A stretch of DNA of 63,346 nucleotides from Octopus bimaculoides. Taxonomy: Eukaryota. Location of the stretch: assembly GCF_001194135.2 (NCBI RefSeq), contig NC_069004.1, positions 11,491,343-11,554,688 on the forward strand. Reading direction: 5' to 3'. This document shows, piece by piece, positions 60,978 to 63,346 of the stretch (its first letter is position 1; the number at the start of each line of letters is the position of its first letter). The notes under the pieces are model-generated. The model saw nothing but the letters and a program-made list of their open reading frames with translations. It ran no database searches and was not told where the DNA came from. The translations under genes and the position numbers were made by a program.

Positions 60978-61607
60978 AAGGTGGCGGACCAGCAGAATCG
61001 TTAGCATTTTGTCCATCCTTAGGTATTGATTTCGAATTCCGCCAAGGTCAGCTTTGCCTTTCAGCCTTTCAGGGTTGATAAATTAAGTACCAGCGAAACA
61101 CTGGGGTCGATGTAATCGGCTTATCCACCCCTCAGCCCCAAATTTCAGGCCTTGTGCCTTTAGTAGAAAGGATTATTATTATTATTAAGGTGGTGGGGGG
61201 CTGATAGAATCGTTTGCGCATCGGGCAAAATGCTTAGCAGTATTTCACCTGTCGCTATGTTCTGAGTTCAAATTCCACCATGGTCAACTTTACCTTTTAT
61301 CCTTTCGGGGGTTGATGTAATCAATTAGCCCTCTCACCCCCAAAATTTCTGGCCTTGTGCCTATAGAAGAAAGGATTATCATTAAGGTGGTGGCCTGGCA
61401 GAACTGTTAGCATGGCGAGCAAAATGCTTAGTGGCATTTCATCCATCTATGTTCTAGGTTCAAATGCTGCTGAAGGCGACTTTACTTTTCCTCATTTGGG
61501 GTCGATAAAACAAGTACTAGTTGGATACTGGTGGCCAATCTACTCGACTTATCCCTACCCCAAATTTTCCTGGCCTTGTGCCAAAATTTGAAATTATTAT
61601 TATTATT
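60978..61607 (+). mobile_element. Three head-to-tail copies of SINE family C separated by (ATT)n; other copies near 1-95, 2880-2990(-), 14380-14530, 34700-34920(-), 44150-44278(-), 47715-47935(-), 48260-48430, 50020-50240(-), 54965-55400 and 57370-58375
   Basis: Head aaggtggcg..ctggcagaa, a gagttcaaattcc B-box-like motif, a tttgcctttcatcctttcggggtcgataaa core and a ggccttgtgcc...(att)n tail. Confidence 0.8.
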
Positions 61608-63346
61608 AGTTGCAGTGTCCGAGTGTGTGTGCATTTTTTTCCCTCTCTGTTCATTGGGCTCTAATCAAGTTTTCTAACTGCTACTGTGAATAACTCAAAA
61701 CCCCAATCCCTTTCTCTCTCTCAAAGTTCTTGACCCCTATTTGTTTCCCTCATCTCACACCACCACTACCAGTGACATCTCAGATGCAAAATATAATTTC
61801 AATTAACTCAGCTGTTTCCATATAATGGCTTATCTTAATATTAGTTGGTTGTCGAGGTTTTGACAGATCTTTTTACAGAAAGACAAAGATGGTTTCTGAT
61901 ATAATAGTGTATTATAATATTTATGACGCACATAGATTCATCCCTTTTACAGGGGTTTATCACAGCTGTCTATAATTAAATGTTCGTTTATGGTTCGTTA
62001 TTATAATTGAAATGATTCTTGCAAAATATTTGGATAATTTCTGATTTTTTCCCCACAATTACTTTGGTCTGGTTTGTATTATTTATATTTTTCTCTACTA
62101 ATTTTTCTAAATTTTTAAAAACTCCAAAAATAATTTTTTCTAAACTAAAATAATTATTTAAAAAAAACAATGTCCCCACACTCTATCTATCTATCTATCT
62201 ATTTATATCTTCTTATACATATACACATACACATATACATATATATACACATACATATACACACAAACATATATGCATATATATACATATACATACATAT
62301 CTATACATACATACATATATATATACATACATATACATATATGTATACACATATATATCTGTACACATATATATAAATATATAAACATATTTACATATAT
62401 AAACATATATATATATACATATATTTACATATATATATATACATATATAAACATATATATATATACATATATAAACATATATATATATACATATATTTAC
62501 ATATATATATGTACATATATTTACATATATATGTATATATATATATTTATATATATATGTATATATATATATTTNNNNNNNNNNNNNNNNNNNNNNNNNN
62601 NNNNNNNNNNNNNNNNNNNNNNNNNNNNNNNNNNNNNNNNNNNNNNNNNNNNNNNNNNNNNNNNNNNNNNNNNNTATATATATATAGATATATATATATA
62701 TGTATATATATATAGATATATATAGATATAGATATATATACATATATATATATGCACACACACACACACACACACACACATTCATTCATTCTTCAAACCA
62801 TAAAATTTGAACATGTGTTTGCTTGTGTATGTGTGTAGCTCTCTCATTTTTTTGGTCAAGTGTATGCATGGTTTGCATGGAGAAATTGAATTTCTATAGT
62901 TTAAAAAATAGTTATATTTGCATTCATATTTCAGATCATATACAGAGAAAACACACCTTCTACACATGCACACTGATTGCATTATATACACACACATGCA
63001 CCATTCACTTTACCACACCTGCCACAATTCTAATGTCATTAATTATGATGTAATTAGTCTTGATCAGAAAACTCAGTTTAAATATTAATAGGTCTGAAAC
63101 CAAACCAGCTCATTATTTATTATCAAATGTTCCATCCTCAGCCATTAATTAATATGAATAATCTTTAATTTTCAAGTAAGATATATAATTCAACACCTTT
63201 ACATCTTGATAGAATTTCTTCTTGGAGCTTTCTTTTTTTTTTTTTTTATCAAATGTTTTTTCTAATTGATTTTGAAAGGAAATCAATAAGCAATTGTTCA
63301 CAATATTAACCTTAAATTATCTGTCTTTATGTTCTGAGTTCGAATT

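Overview
AT-rich, microsatellite-dense, repeat-rich animal genomic DNA with many N gaps. The SINE/MITE repertoire looks like Octopus (inference). The window holds one complete protein-coding gene on the + strand: a NET1/ARHGEF3-family RhoA guanine-nucleotide exchange factor (DH+PH). I assembled it by hand from 15 coding exons (4309-56900, 1455 nt, 484 aa + stop), with all phases consistent, 13 GT-AG introns and one GC-AG intron (52486-53829). Several candidate alternative first exons exist, including an in-frame one in intron 3 at the position homologous to the vertebrate NET1A exon. The introns are packed with nested tRNA-derived SINEs, RTE-LINE 3' ends, piggyBac-, hAT- and Tc1-type MITEs, and decayed DD37D-like and mariner transposases. 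The most unusual signal is a set of minimal type-I hammerhead-ribozyme folds of the Penelope-like-element kind, from three different sequence families, each sitting in (TA)n tracts. One lies inside a perfect 118-bp palindrome (16950-17067) that places a ribozyme core on both strands. Another lies in sense orientation inside the GC-AG intron. The two best-formed families share a non-canonical CCGAUGA core. Almost all entries in the supplied ORF track are translations of simple repeats or gaps. All family assignments are from recall and hand alignment, not database searches.
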